A stretch of 64,000 nucleotides of DNA from Hemiscyllium ocellatum (GCF_020745735.1 NW_026867538.1:1798001-1862000); one strand, 5' to 3'; positions 1-14,335 are shown, counted from the first letter of the stretch. A program made the numbers and translations. The notes: a model not told the origin generated them from the letters alone.

Positions 1-615
1 CCGCCATAGAAATTAGATAGTAAGTCATACACCCGGAGAGACCGCATCTTCTTCGCAATAGTATGATAATTATTGCCAAGTTAGCTGTAACAGAAATAAA
101 GATCAAGACAAGGGTTTTACTGCTCTCACTCTCTTTGTTATACATGACATTATAATGTTTACGATGCTTAAAGACATTATCTGATTTGTGAAGCAATCCA
201 TTATTCGAGTGACAATTCATATGGCTTCTATACAATCCTTTGTGCAAAATATAAATGATTGTCAGTAACATAACAACATAATAAGTCTCATGAGTCTGAA
301 CTGAGAACAGTATGCTTGAAAAAAAATGCAAGACATAGAATTCAACATGACAGCATCACATTCGCATGAAAAGTGTCACACAACCAATGAAAACCAGAAG
401 TTATGCAAACATAAGATAAAGGAAAAAAGATAGGATCCAGCAGCCAGCAAAGTGGCAGTTCATCTGATTTTTACTGCAACTTTACATTCCCGCATCTACC
501 TATTTTCCTTTAATACTCTGCATCAACAGGCTGTTTACACAGGGAATCGCGAAGACTCGCAATGGTTTACAGGAAATAACAACCACTGCACATCTGTCAT
601 AGACACGCACTCTGA

Positions 616-920
616 CGTACTGTGACTCAATGGCCGTCACTGCTGCCTCACAGTACGAAGGTAACGCGTTCAATTTCTGCCAAATGCAACAGTCTGTGTG
701 GAGTTTGTACATTCTCCTTGCGTCTGCACGGACACCTTCCAGGTACTCCAGTTTCATCATACAATCCAAAGATGTGCATACCAGGTGAACTGGTCATTCT
801 AAATTGCCCATACTGTTTGGTGCCTTAGCCAAGGGACCGGATACAGGTGCGTTTCTCTTCAGAGGATCGGTGTGGAATTGTTTGGCCGAAGAGCCTGTTT
901 CCATACAGTAGGGATACTAA
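616..920 (+). mobile_element. HE1-type V-SINE, degenerate
   Basis: tRNA-like head (GTGACTCAATGG...CTGCTGCCTCACAG), V-core TCTGTGTGGAGTTTGTACATTCTCC...TCCAAAGATGTGC, LINE-like tail GGCCGAAGAGCCTGTTTCCA. Confidence 0.85.
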
Positions 921-1763
921 CCTCTCCGCTATTTTTTGAGTTATGACTCCTAATTACAGTTTTACCAATATGAAAGAAACTATATAATCATAGTTGAGTT
1001 CTTTGAACAGCCACCCAGACAAATCCACGCCGGATTCTACTTATTTTAATCATGTCACTGCTGACTTTACCAGCTGTCAATGATACGTGCCAGACTATCG
1101 ACTGTTTCCAAACAGGTCAACCCATTTATTCCTCGAACTGCAAAATTCAGAAATAATCTTTCCGTGAGGTGATAACTTATACATTTCACGTAATCGTGCC
1201 AATAAACTGAAAATATCGATAGTTTTTATTGGGTCTTGAATATAGTATTAAATGGATAAAATATTATGTTCGTTAAATGCAAGGAAGATCGGCATTAATA
1301 GATGCAGTTTCTCCCTTTAAAGGGGGAAAAGGATGTTGGAAAGGGTGATAACTGTCACTGGAAAAATAGAGAATTGATACATCTCGGCAACGATTCATGC
1401 ATGACAAAAATAAACACAATGGTCTACCTGAAACTCCGACAGCAGCAAAGGCTACGTACGAAATCGCAAACAGCAGACCTCTTAATACCTCATGCATTTC
1501 GAACAGATGTTCTGCAGCGATTCAGAAATGGAGTGGAAAATTCTCAATTTATGTGCGATGCATTACTCCTGAGATTTAATTACACGTCTGAATTTTGAAA
1601 CATCTCGTAATTATTCAAAAAGAAAACAAAGTAGTGCAGCTGATAATTGGTTTAATCGTGATATTTTGGCCTTCTCTGAGGCAAAAAACAGAAACGTTCC
1701 TGTGATCCTCATTCCGTCTCATAGACTTCTTAAAAAATAGAATCCCGTACTCTGGAAGCTGGC

Positions 1764-2100
1764 CACACGGTGGCTCGGTGGCGAACACTGCTGTTTCCCA
1801 GTGCCAGCGACTTGGATTCAATTCCAGCCTCTGGTGACTGCCTTTATGGAGTTTGCACATTTTCCCTGCATGGGTTTCCTCTGATTACTCTGGCTTTGTC
1901 ACAAAGTCCGAAGATGTGAATTTTAGGTGGATTAGCCATGCGAAATTGACTATTATGTTCAAGAAATTGTCGGCGAGTTGCATTTGTCAGTGTTAGATAT
2001 ATGTAAGTAGGGGAGTAGATCTGAGTAGGATACTTTTCGGAGTGTCAATGTGGACTTTGTTGGGCAAAATAGCCTGATTCCACACTGCAGGGATTCTGTG
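1764..2100 (+). mobile_element. HE1-type V-SINE
   Basis: CACGGTGGCTCGGTGG A-box, GGATTCAATTCC B-box, GGAGTTTGCACAT core, tail CCACACTGCAGGGATTCT. Confidence 0.88.
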
Positions 2101-2746
2101 AAAGAAGTCTTTGAGACCGAATAAGGATCACAGTATTTTCTTTCGTAAAGAACAATGAGAAGTTTCAGTCTACGACTATAACAACTTTTCTAGGAGGTGC
2201 CCATTTTCCTGGTAACGCATTGCCAAATTCTCTGATAATGCAAAGTAAGATACGTATCCTTTGAACGCATCCATGTTATTAATTTAGCCTCATGTCAGTT
2301 TCAGGAAACTTCCCTTCATGCTACGTAAAATTTGTTTGACTAGTTACCCTCTTGCATCTTCAATTCAGGTAGATTCAATTACATCAGGACAATTTTATTC
2401 ATTAGACAGAGATGTAGTTCTCCAAAAGTAACAAACGTTCACGCATCCAGTTCAGTAATTGTAAACTCAGCGTACACTTGAAAATGAGAACAGACAGAAC
2501 TGTGCTGGACAGGAACAGTAAGATAATCCACGTTCAGATTTTACATGTGACATTCGCTTATTCATTCCATTTCGGCAAAATTGTGCTGACTAGTTTATGA
2601 CCAAGTAGTAAGTCAAATTTCGCAAATAAACATGGATTACTCAGTGATAATATGGCTGTACAAGGGCAAAGTCTTGCCACAGAATTATGGCTGTGAATTT
2701 TAAGTAAGCGGCAAAAGTGCTTGATGGGTGGATCAGTAAACGTTGT

Positions 2747-3070
2747 CATGCTGTCGCTTAAATGTCCCAAATGTCTCTGACTCTGCTACCACCGCTAGCA
2801 GTGCATTCCATGCACTCATCACTCTCTGCATAAAGAATTTACATCTGACATCTCCCCTGTACGTTTCTCCAATCAGCTGAAAATTATGACCCCTAGTGAC
2901 AGCTATTTCTACTCCAGGGAAAAGCATCTGGCTATTTACTCTATCCATGCCACTCGTTAGCTTGGAAATCTCGATCAAGTCACTTCTCTTCCTTCCTTTC
3001 AGTGCGAAAAGCCCGAGCTCGCTCAATACCTTTTCATAAGGCAAGCCTTCCAATCCAGACACCATCCTGG
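2747..3070 (-). mobile_element. CR1 LINE ORF2 C-terminal fragment (3' part of a host copy that resumes at ~4490)
   Basis: ORF 2733-3089(-) has CR1 C-terminal motifs: LGLFAL, RSDLIE, TRGH, FFMQRVMSAWNAL. Confidence 0.88.
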
Positions 3071-4488
3071 ATTTGAGGAGTCGAGACATCTGGGGAGTAG
3101 CGACAACTCCGATAAATATAGACCAATGACCCTTACTTCTGTTGTGGGTAAAGGGTTGGAAAATATTATAAGATATATGATTTATAATTATTTTAAAGGA
3201 ATAAGTTGATTAGCGATAGTCAACGCGTTTTTGTGAAGGGGAGGTCGTTTCTCAGAAACCTTACTGACTTCTTTGTGAAGGTGACCAAATATATGGATGA
3301 GGGTAAAGTGGCTGACTTGGTGTATATAAATTTCAGTTGGGCGTGCGATGAGGTTCCACTCAGTAGGCGACTGCACAAAATACGGAGGCTTGGGATTGAT
3401 GGCGATTTAGCGGTCTGGAGCAGAAATTGGCGAGCTGAAAGAAGACAGTTTGTATTGGTTGATGGAACAATTAATCCTGGAGGGCAATTTCTCGTATTGT
3501 ACCGCAAGAATCAGTTTTGGGTTTACTGTTCTTTGTTGTTTGTTGTTTTTATAAATGACCTGGATGAGGGCGTGGAATGATTGGTTAGTAAATTTGCGGA
3601 TGGCACTAAGGTGGTAGAGTTGTGCATGGTGGTGAAGAATGTTGTAAGTTACAGAGGGACATTGAAAAGCTGCAGAGCTGGGATTAGATTTAGAAATTCA
3701 GTTTAATGCGGAAAAGTGTGAGGTGATTCGGTTTGGACGGAATAACAGGAGTGTACTGGACAATCACCTGAAATTTAACGCCGATGGTACGGTCGATGAG
3801 CACGGAGATCTCGCTGCCCATGTGCATAGATTCATGAAAGTTTACTTTGCTTGATAGGGTTGTTAAGATGACATACATTGAGTTCGCTTTGATTAGTAGA
3901 GGGATTGTGTTTCGGAACCTTGAGAGCAGGTTGCTGCTGTACAATACACTGGTGTGGCTGCGCTTGGAGTTTTGCTGACAGTTCTGATCATTGCACTACA
4001 GGAAAGGTGTGGAAGCGTTGGAAAGAGTTTATCGGGGACTTATGAGGATGTCGTCTGGGACAGAGGGATGGTCTTACTAGGAAAGGCTGAGGGACCTGAG
4101 ACTGATTTTGTGAGAGAGAAAAAGGTTGAGAGGTGACTTAATTGTGGCATGCAAAATAATCAGAGTGTTCGATAGGGTGGACAGTGAGAGCCTTTTTACT
4201 CAGATGGTGATGTCAAGCACGAGGAGACATAGATTTAAATTGAGGGGTAATAGATATAGGGCAGATGTCAGAGGTAGTTTCTTTACTCAGAGTAGTAAAG
4301 GCGTGGAAGGCATTGACTGCAACAGTAGTCGACTCGCTAACTTTAAGAGCATTTAATGACCATTGGATAGACATATAGACGAAAATGGACTAGGGCAGGT
4401 TAAATGGGCTTCGGGGTTGGTTTCACAAAATGGAGCAATATCGGCAGCTGAAGGGCTTTTTGTGCGCTTTAATGTTCTATGTTCTATG
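3071..4488 (+). mobile_element. 5'-truncated CR1 LINE (RT to 3' tail), frameshifted
   Basis: GRSFLRNL, VYINFS, FINDL, AAATTTGCGGATG (KFAD), RGDLI, FFTQ motifs; ends in ATGTTCTATGTTCTATG tail. Confidence 0.92.
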
Positions 4489-4489
4489 A

Positions 4490-5955
4490 GCTGTCCTAGT
4501 AAATCGCCTCTCCACCCAATTCAAAAGCATCTACACTCTCTCTATAATGAGACGACCAGAATAGGACACAATGTACCAAGTGCGGTTTAACCAGGGTTTG
4601 ATACAGCTGGAGAAAAACACCGTGACTCTTATACTAAGTCTTCCTATTATTGAAAGCTAACGCAAGATATGCCTTCTTCACAAGACTATCAACTTGGATG
4701 GCAAATTTGAGGGTTCCGTACACGTGGTCGCCAACATAACACTGTTTCTCCACACTGCCACGAATCATTCATTTAATACTATATTCAGCACTCAATACAT
4801 CTTCCAAAATGAATCATTTCGCATTTGCCTGAGTTGAACTTCATCTGCCAATTCGCAGTCCAACTCTGCATTCTGTCAATGCTGGGTTGTCGTCTGCAAC
4901 AAGCCCGACACTATCTACAGCACTAATGACATTTGTGTCGTCCGCAAAGTTACTAAACCACCTTCTTCATCACGTTATTTAAAAAAACACTAAAAAGAGC
5001 AGAGCCCTTTAAATAGATCCAAGTGGAACACCAATGGTCACCGAACTCAAGGCAGAATTGTTCCCATACACGATCACTCGCTGTCTATCACTCGCTGTCA
5101 TCTTTTGACCAGCCAATTATGCATGCAGACAGCCAATCATTCCTGCATCCCATGCCTCCCCATCTTTCGCAGCAGTTCCTACATTTTATTCTTCCCAACC
5201 CTTCTTCAATAAGGGCACAAAATTCACTGCTGTCCAGTGTTCAAGCACCTCACCCGTAGCTAACAGTGAAGCAAATACATCTGCCACAACCCCTGCAATT
5301 TCTTCACTGCCCTCTTCTAGTGTTCTTGGATATATCAGCTCGAAACAAAGAGAGTTATTCAAATTCATTCATTCACACGACCAAGCACTCATCTGTTTTG
5401 ATGTGCACTGTCCGCACAATATCAACACTAGCTTCCCAAAGTTCCCAAGGCTTCATGTCTTTCTCAAGGTAAAGACCGACGCGAAGTATTCATTGAGAAC
5501 TTCGCCCTTCTCCTGCACTTCAAATGACGCATATCCACTTTGGGCCTTCTGAGGTTCTGCTGTCTCTCGAGTTATTCCTTTTCCTTTCATATATTTAAAT
5601 AATCTCTTTAGATTAACCCTAATCATCTCAGCCAAATCTGCCTCTTCCTCCCTTTTCGTCCTCCTTTCTTTACTAAGTAAACTCCTGCATTCCCGATAAA
5701 ACCTTCGGGGATACATCTCGTCCCATGTTTCCTTCTTTGTTCTCTTCAAAATCTCTTGAAATCCAAAGCTCCTTATTGCTGACAACGTTGTCTTTCACCC
5801 TCTCAGATAAACACAAATATTGTACTCTAGGTACCTCACTTTTAATTACTTCCCACGTGCCGAAGGTCCTTTTACGTGCGAGCATAATACTTGGAAAACT
5901 GCTGGAATCTCCTTTCTAATTCCTTCAAAACTTGTCTTGCCCAATTCTGATCTTG
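4490..5955 (-). mobile_element. CR1 LINE ORF2 fragment, degenerate
   Basis: Minus-strand RT motifs (GTCGTCCGCAAA = FADD); ORFs with 'EVLNEYFASVFT' and 'VPLLKKG'. Confidence 0.85.
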
Positions 5956-5957
5956 CG

Positions 5958-7077
5958 TCTGTCTACATCGCATTTGCTAAAGCATTGAATAAGGTCCCTC
6001 ATGGCAAGCTGGTCGTGAAAATGAATTCCCATGGGATGCACAGTGAGATGATAAATTTGATTGCTTTGATCAAAGAAGAGAGATGATAAATTTGGAAGTT
6101 TTTTTTACTGGAGATGCCTGAACAATCGTGTACTGAAAGAATCAGCGCTTTGATGTTGTAAATGATTTGTAAGAAAATATTAGCTGTATAATCTGTAATT
6201 ATGCAGACGCCAATAAAATTGGTGCAGTTGTCGAGAGTGGAGAAGATTGTCAAGCTATATAACAGACAGAGATCCCTAGAAAAGTCGGACATGGAAACGG
6301 CAGATTGAGTTTATTTCGAAGAAACGTGATTTCGTACATTTTGGGAGGTTAATTGGAAGTGGAAAGCACGCAGTGCAAGACGTGATGCTAAGGAACATTG
6401 CTGTATAGAGATGTGTTGAACTGCAGGTTCATAGTTCCCTGTGAATATCAAAGGAAGCGAATAAGATGTTAAGGAATGTGTGCAACATGTTTGTCTTCAT
6501 TGATAGAGTATCAATTTTTGCGTTGTCATGTTCCAGCTGTATAACACCTTATTTCGGCTGTATTTGGCAACTGTGCTCATTTCTCCTCGCCATACTAGGG
6601 AACGTTTGGGGATGCATCTGACAGGGCCACAACAGATGTCCCAGAATGTTGCCTCGGTTAGACAAACAAAAGGAGAGATTGTGCAAACTGTTTTTTCTGT
6701 GTTTCGAAGGCTCGTGGTGACATGATAGAAATATTTTAAAATTCAAACAAATGTTTTGGTTGGCTGGTTGGAGCGATTTTCCCATAAGTAAAATGAAGAA
6801 AAATGTTATGTGACATATGTTTAAGATAAAAGCGAGAATGTTGATAGGAAATGTGTCAGTGTTTTTCATGGATGGAGACAGGTGCTTAGAACTCACTCTC
6901 AGAGAAGATACTGAAAGCAAATACAGGGGCCAATTTTAAGAAGCATTTAGCAACGCGCATGAACTGACTGACTGACAAAGGAGAGATGTGGACAATACGC
7001 AGGCAGATTGCATTAATTTATGACATCCTGGTTCGCACAGCCGTGGTGCTCTGGAGGGCCTGTTCCTTGTTCTATTG
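5958..7077 (+). mobile_element. CR1 LINE RT/3' fragment, highly degenerate
   Basis: VYIAFAKALNKVPHGKL matches the CR1 motif DFSKAFDKVPH; 'QLYNTL'; 3' end GAGGGCCTGTTCC. Confidence 0.8.
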
Positions 7078-8569
7078 AGCTAGCACTATTTCTAATTGAT
7101 ACTTTTTTGTATAATGGTCTATCTCCCATTCAACATTGTTCCTTTCAGTGAGATCAGGCTCGGCTTTTCATTACTACTGTCAAAATGGAGTCGACAATCA
7201 TCACCCAAGTGCATACTTCATTCTAAAGTCTCCACCAGGTGTCCTGAGTCTGTGACCTCCAGATCTGAACAACACTCTGCGGAACGTCATTAATGATTCC
7301 TTGTGTCAATCCCATTGAAAATGTTATGAGTTTGAGTGAAATCACTGCAGCTCACTTCAACTCCCATTTCTCGCAGAACAAAAGTAATGTACCAACAATG
7401 AACTTTGCAAACATTTACTGAACTCCTTCTGTGGCAATCCATCCTTTCCCAGGGAACGTGATGAGATATACACATAATACCTTTGATACGTTCTCAACAT
7501 GTTCGTGTTTTTTTTTAAAATGCTATTGCTGCTGCTGCTCTGAAAACATATTCCTGTTGAGACCCATGTACCAGCTTCTTCCTTAACTGTTTGCTGTTCC
7601 TGCATCTTTCTTTTTTGGGAAAATTAATCAATCAGACCAGACCCTCGGCTTCTCTGCCATTACCGTCTCACCTCCCCCACCTCCCCCACCACTGCAATGC
7701 ATTGCAAGTACTTAGCCACAAACATAGGTTTATTGAAATTATTTAAAATCGAGTTTAAGGTGCTTTGATCCAGAAGCGATTCTGTCTAGAATGAACACAC
7801 TTTATTCAAACGATAATGTTAAAGTATAAGAAAAAAGTAAACCGCAATAACGTTCACACTGTTGAAATTCTTACAAATAAACAAGACGATACTTCATCAT
7901 GAATCATCACGTGTTCCAATGGAGAAAAAGTTCTATAAAGACATCTGTAGCATGACAATTTATTAGAAAACAGGTATGATTCTCTCTGCAGCACAGAAGA
8001 AAAGAAATAAGATGCATCTTTTGGGTTTTAAGAGGAAGTCTAGCTACCTAAGCCCTCCCTCCAGTCGAGACCTGTAGCTTTTAGCTGTGTAGTAAGAGAA
8101 AGTTTCTCATGAAGTGCAAGCAATGCAAAAAGCCTTCAAAAGTCTGCATGGATCCTGACCTCGCAAATTCATGCCCCTTCTTTAAAATTTTAATGAAAAC
8201 ACACCGGAGATAACTGCAACCTGTTTAACAACTGTCTGCGTGAAGCAGATATTCTGGCACCAGTGTGGCAATGCAAATTTGCCAGAGAAACAGGGCACAG
8301 CACATCACGCTTAAAGACGCACTAATGTCTCATATCCCTTTAAAAAACACATACATCAACATACAAAGTTGGCTATATTTTCAAAGTCATTACTCCCACA
8401 CAATAAATATTTTACATTATATAAATGTGTGTGTTCACGTGTGCGTGTATCTATCTAGAAATAACTCTGCACATCAATAGTCCGATAGTCAATAATACAA
8501 ACAAACAGCCAATAATACAATTCATTTCGGTTTGCTTCTTCCACCTCGAACACTTCCATTTTCCTTCAA

Positions 8570-11500
8570 CAGACTGAGATGAAGTATCGACAAACCTGCC
8601 TGCTATATAATTTTAAAAAATGAATAAAATAACTCACCTCAACAATCTGGTGTTTGCCATTAAATTTGTCTGAAGAACTTAGGGGGTTCTCATCAGTGCA
8701 CACACTTGTTGAGTTATATAGAGTCATGAGGATGTACAGCATAGAAACAGACACTTCGGTCCAACCCGTCCGTGCTGACAAGATATGCCAATCCAATCTA
8801 GTCCCACCTGCCAGCACATGGCCCATATCCCTTCAAACCCTTCCTATTCATGTATGCATCCAAATTCTTTTTAAATGTTGCAATTGGAACCTCCATCACT
8901 TCCTCTGGTAGTTCAATCCATACACGTACCACCTCTTGTCATGACAGCACCAAACACAACGTTTCGTTTTCAATAATGGAATATTTCTTTTGATGAATAT
9001 TCAACATTCTGGAATATATTCCAAAGGTCTGTCAATGCTACCGTTGTCTTCTTGAGAGTTTACACCACAGACATGACACCCACATCTTTCCAAACATTTA
9101 GCACCTCCACTGACTTTGAGCAATTGCTTTTTGCAAACTTTGGGCAGGTGGTCATCACAGCGTTTGGGAATCAAATGTCATCTGTCACTCTTCAGTACAC
9201 TGAAATTTTCTGCATGTTTTCAACAAGTCAATCAGTTGAACAACAATGCGGCTAAAATTAGGAAGAATGATTCGTGAAAAAGATTTAGGTTCAGGAATTG
9301 CAGTAACTCTCTCTGCGTTGGTGGTATAGGAAGCTTACCAATTACTTTTATTTTCAAATTCCAAGGAATCATTTGTCCATGTTTAATGATACGAACTCGG
9401 ATCATGACATTAGTTTTTGTGAATTCACACATTGGGTTATCACCAAGTTCGTCGGCTAAAGTTCATTCCATAGTTTTAATATATGCTCCAAAAGTTTCTT
9501 CCGTGTGTGAGGAAAATCACCAGATTTTCTATCTGCATTAGACAATTGTGTAACCCGAATTAACATTATTGTGTAATCTTTGAAATTTGGTTGGTGAACT
9601 CTTCATACCAAAACAGCATGACTTTAAATTTGGGAAGTCCATTTGGGTTCACGAACCCCGAAATTTCCTTCACTCTTTCCGATAAAGGTACATGCCATTA
9701 TCATCTGAGAATGTCAGGTTAAATATGTAGATGCTTGTGCCATTTTCGCATTATATTTTTCCATTTGTGCAATTCGGTACTAATCAAATTTTGTAACTGC
9801 ATTGACTTTTCGATAGTGCACATACAGTCATTCTTTTCCCATCTCGTTTTGGTAACATGCTGTCAGAGAGATACATCTGCTGAACCTCAGCTCAATTGTG
9901 TCGTCTCTGAGTATCCTGTTAATCTGTTTTGAGTTAATGCCACTTTGAGAGGGTTTGAACCAGGATGATGTTGCTTAATTAGAAGGGCATTGCCTATACC
10001 TACAATGTGCATAATCTGTCAAGTACTTGATTGCGTATTCCCACCATTATCTCCACATGATTGTAATTCGTCTTTTAGCTCATTTTCATTTTTCTCAGGA
10101 AGGTTTATTCCAGTTTCTGAAAACGTCCTCATTGTTCAAATTAAATTGAGGGAGGTCAACTTCAGAATCGACTGTACTTAGATCTTTAGGCTGAGTATTA
10201 ACAAGTATCGCATTCTCCTTTTGCTATTCTTCCCTATCAAAATACTCTTTGAACATATTCAAATAACTCACCTTATGAGTCTTCCGTTTACTGATGTTCC
10301 CATCGAATAATTTGGTTAGGTCCTCTACATCCTGCTTTAAATTTTTTACCTCCCACGGGGAGCGATTAAAACATTTTATCTTCACTGATAATCTTCGAAT
10401 TTTTGATCTTATGTTTGTTTGTTGTTTCATTGTACCTTGTAAAACTTTAAATACTATCTTGCCGACTCATCCGTTCAATTCAGTTTCTTCGTGAGATCAG
10501 AGACAAACTCCAAAAATGTAGGTTCTGTATGATGACTCACCAATTTTTCTTTAAGTAATTTAAGTAGCAATTTCACCTCATGGCCGAAAACTAATTTGAA
10601 TGGACTGAATTAGGTAAATCGCTAAATTCAAAAACTACAAATGGAATTCTTTTATTGCAGTCCTCTGGATACGCTTGACTTTAGATAATACACATTTTCT
10701 TTAGAGGTTGATGTCACCCTGTTAATCTGTCCTGTGATTCTGAATAGGAAGCAATTGGTTGAAGTAGTATTAATCCTGAGTTAACTATAAATTTCTTGAA
10801 TAACTTTAACTAAAATTAGACTGTTGATCGTATTGTTTTTCGGTGAATAGCCCGTATCTATTTAAAGAAAGTTACGTCCTCTGCCATCATTTTAGGTTTG
10901 AAAATGCATAATGTGGAATGACATCATAATCCAGTCAACACGTTCAAAACGACGAATAATTATTTATTCCTTCTTCTCGTTTTAGGGAAATTCCCTACGC
11001 AATTAATTAACAATCTTGTAAAAGGATCATGAAATGCTGGAATCAGTATTCAGGGTGTTGGTCATCCCACTAACTCAAATGTTTTCCTTACTTGACACAG
11101 GTAATGTCGGCGGCAAATTTATCGAACAGCTTTGTTCAGTTCATTCCAACAAAACTACACTGTTTTTTTTCAAGTTTGGCTTGTGCTTTCCTTACTCCCA
11201 AATGACCTATTACCGTTAAGTAATATGCTGAGAACAACATCTCCTTTCTGTAACCCACGGGAATACAACTTGTAGAATTTCTGCTCATTTTTTCATCCAC
11301 CCGAATATGTAATGATTCCCATTGCCTCAAGGCTTCATTTTTATGATAATAAAATTCTGCGGTAAACTCAGAGTTTTCTTCTGTCTGCTTTTAGAATCAA
11401 ATGCTTCATCTTGTGCTTCCACTGTCGTAGTTCAATTAGCTTCTCCATATAAAAATGTCCGCGTTAATCTCCACTTGTTCTTGTTTTTTTTCTTCTCAGC

Positions 11501-12840
11501 TGTTTGATCATACAGAGCTGCTGATAATTGAACGTTAGCTGTCTTGTGTTTTTTTTTAATTTCCCTTTCTATTTCAACATACGGTTTTGCAACTCTGCTG
11601 ACAAGCAGTCAGGAACAGTTTCAGGGTATACCTCCTCTAACATCTCAGTTGTTCGTTTTTCCATTCGCTTTTCAATCACAACAAGCATCATTCCCACCTG
11701 TGATCAAGCAATGTTATTATCAGCGTTAAATTTTATATCTTGAACAGAGAATTTATTTCTCATTCTTTCAATTTCATCAGTAATTTTCATCTTATTTTCC
11801 TAACTTGCTTTATTCAACCGAAAACTTCCTCCCTCCACAACTCCTATATTACAACTTTTTTTTCTGGTAACATTTTTTTCTGAATTGCATCTCTCTTCAT
11901 TTCTCACTGTCAAATACTGACTTGCTGACATATCACTGCTTTTTATAAAAACCCAATCCTCCTACCTCAAATGTTTAAAACAAACCCACACAGGTTATTT
12001 CTTCACAGAAGTCTGCCACTTTCTTCTGAAATACCATTTAACTAGGTTGCGATTCTGTTGCGTTATCTATGCTTTATTTGACCACCTACTTAATTATCTT
12101 GTTTTATCACATCTGCCTTCCCAGTCGTTTTCAAGTGGTTTTATTTATTACAGTGAAAATATCTGGTGTTGTTTATTTTCTCTTTCTCACTCATGGTTGT
12201 TTTGCTTAACTTTTAGCTAATTATCTTCGATATGATCACACTTGCCCTTACCAACTTAACGTGCCTATTTTCCATAATGTGTCACCCTCACCTATTGCAA
12301 ATGATGCTCGAAGCCAAAATTTGATAAATTAACTGACTCATAATCAGCTGCCATTTGTGCTGTTGACATTGCAGTTACAAACTCTGTTCCTCCAGATGGG
12401 TGCTGATGACTTCAGGCAGTGAATTTTTTACTCCTCTAAAATAACAGCATCTCTCCGAGCTTCATATGTTAAAACAATGTTCAATACCTTTATCAAACAA
12501 TCAAATTTACTTTAATTGTTCCATTCTAATTTTGTGCATGATTTATCAAGTTACTTCTTCAGATTCTCTAGACCGTAGTCTGTGAGCTTCAGGCACTAGT
12601 TCATGTAACGACATAATAACTTAGCTTGAATGAGCCTTGATCACATTAGCCATGTCATTTGTTTAGGCTCCTTACTAAATCGACCATTCTTGTTGAAGCT
12701 CGGCAACATTTGAATGTATTTAAACAGATCCCCACCAGGCCTTTGGCAACGATCGGTTCGATTTTCATCACTGGCCTCATCACTACACTGACCTGTTACT
12801 TTTAGCTGAGCCATTTTAAGGCGTATTTGCCTTTTCATGA
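8570..12840 (-). mobile_element. Gmr1-like Gypsy LTR retrotransposon relic (gag-INT-RT-RNaseH)
   Basis: Minus strand: gag GDLFKYIQMLPSF / ELVPEA / KNSLPEVISTHLEEQ (12.3-12.75 kb); INT GHLGVRK (~11.2 kb) and FSPFKLVFGHEV (~10.6 kb); RT WHVPLSERVKEISGFVNPNG (~9.67 kb); RNaseH HQKKYSIIENE and VCTDENPL. Confidence 0.85.
8712..8937 (-). mobile_element. CR1 3'-end fragment inserted in the Gypsy RNaseH region
   Basis: AGAGTCATGAGGATGTACAGCATAGAAACAGACACTTCGGTCCAAC is the antisense CR1 tail; Gypsy RNaseH motifs lie on both sides. Confidence 0.8.
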
Positions 12841-13396
12841 AAGACAGTGAAACACGAATGAGAGAAGCATTGTGGGAGTCACAGCAAACATTCATCCCTT
12901 GGAAAAAGAAGCATCCTAAATGGAGTTCGATGCAGCCGTGCCTGACAAGAAAATTCAGAAAAAGCATAAAAGCAAAAGTCAAAGCATACCATGCAGTGAA
13001 GGACAGTGGGAAGGCAGTGGATTGGAAAGTCTGCAAAGACCAACACTGGATAAATATAAAAGGAATGCGGAGGGAGAAGTTTAAATTTATATGTAGGTTA
13101 GACAATAATATGAAAGAAATGGACTTTGAACGGCGGGGAAAAGACGCTATAGATTTGGTTTTGTGTTTCAAAAAATTGTGGAGGAACTGAACGACTTCTT
13201 TGCGTCAGTCTCCGCATTGGAAAATTAAAGTAACGTTCCAAAAATCCAAGAGGGCCGGTGGACAGAGGTGGGAATAGTGGCCATTATCAAGTTGCAGTTG
13301 CCAGAAACATTGAAAGGTCGAAAGGGGGCTAAACCTTCTGCCCAGCTGGTCTATACCACGGAGTCTTAACAAGATAGCTAAACAGCTAATGGAGGT

Positions 13397-13530
13397 TTAA
13401 GTGAACGTTTGGAGGAACCGGTCTTAGATTGGGGTGAAAAAGGTTAAAAACCAAACAACACCAGGTTATAGTCTAGCGGGTTTATTTGGTTTCACGAAGC
13501 TTTGAAGCACTGTTCCTTCATCAGGTGGCT
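13397..13530 (-). mobile_element. Short PLE terminal-repeat fragment with decayed hammerhead motif
   Basis: Minus strand reads CAC-CTGATGA-AGGAAC-AGT-GCTTC-AAAGCTT (G12 lost); homologous to 39400-39490. Confidence 0.65.
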
Positions 13531-14335
13531 GTGGAGACGGTGTTAATGGTAATGTTGCAGGAGTCACTGCATTCAGGGAGTTCCCAGGGAACTGCAAAAT
13601 AGTTTATGCATACGTATGATTAAGAAGGGCATAAGGCAAAAGATGGTAAAATAAGGCCGTTTGGCACGAGCTTTGTCGTTGATAAGATTTTGGAGTCCAA
13701 TGTGAAGGCCGAAATGTCTCAATATCTGGAAGTGCGTGGTAATTAGGGAACAGTCAGCACGTTTTCATTAAGGGAAGGTTATCCTTGAGAATTCTGCTAG
13801 AATTCATTGACGAGATAATGAGCAGGTTAGACAAAGGAGAGCTAATGGCTGTTATCTACACCAGCTTCCAGAAAGACTTTGACAATTTACCACACAGGAG
13901 GCTGTTGCATGAGACAACAGCACATGAGGTGACAGGCAATGCACTAACCTGGATAGATTATTGGCAGAAGGCAGAGAGTGGGACTGAAAGGATCCTTCTC
14001 AGTGTGGCAAACGCTGACTGGTGGGGTTCTGCAAGGGTCAATGTTGGGTACACGAGCTTTCATTACCTACATTAATGATTGCAATTAAGGAACTGTGGGC
14101 ATTCTGGCTAAAGTTTCAGATGATGCAGAGATAGGTGGAGGGGCAGGTAGTTTTGAGAATCCAGGGAGTCTGGAGAAGGGTTTAGACAGGTTTGGAGTGG
14201 CAGATGGATGACATCATGGGAAATTTTGTGATCATGTACTTCGGTAGGAAGAATGAGGGCATCAACTAATTTCTAAATGGGCCACAATTCAGAAATCTGA
14301 GTGCAAACCACCTAATCCAGGATTCTCCTAAGGTA

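Noticed and set aside
920-1760. Short ORFs and possible exons in AT-rich unique DNA (also 24179-24936, 38569-38778, 39520-39762)
   Set aside because: No recognisable domain or consistent exon chain.
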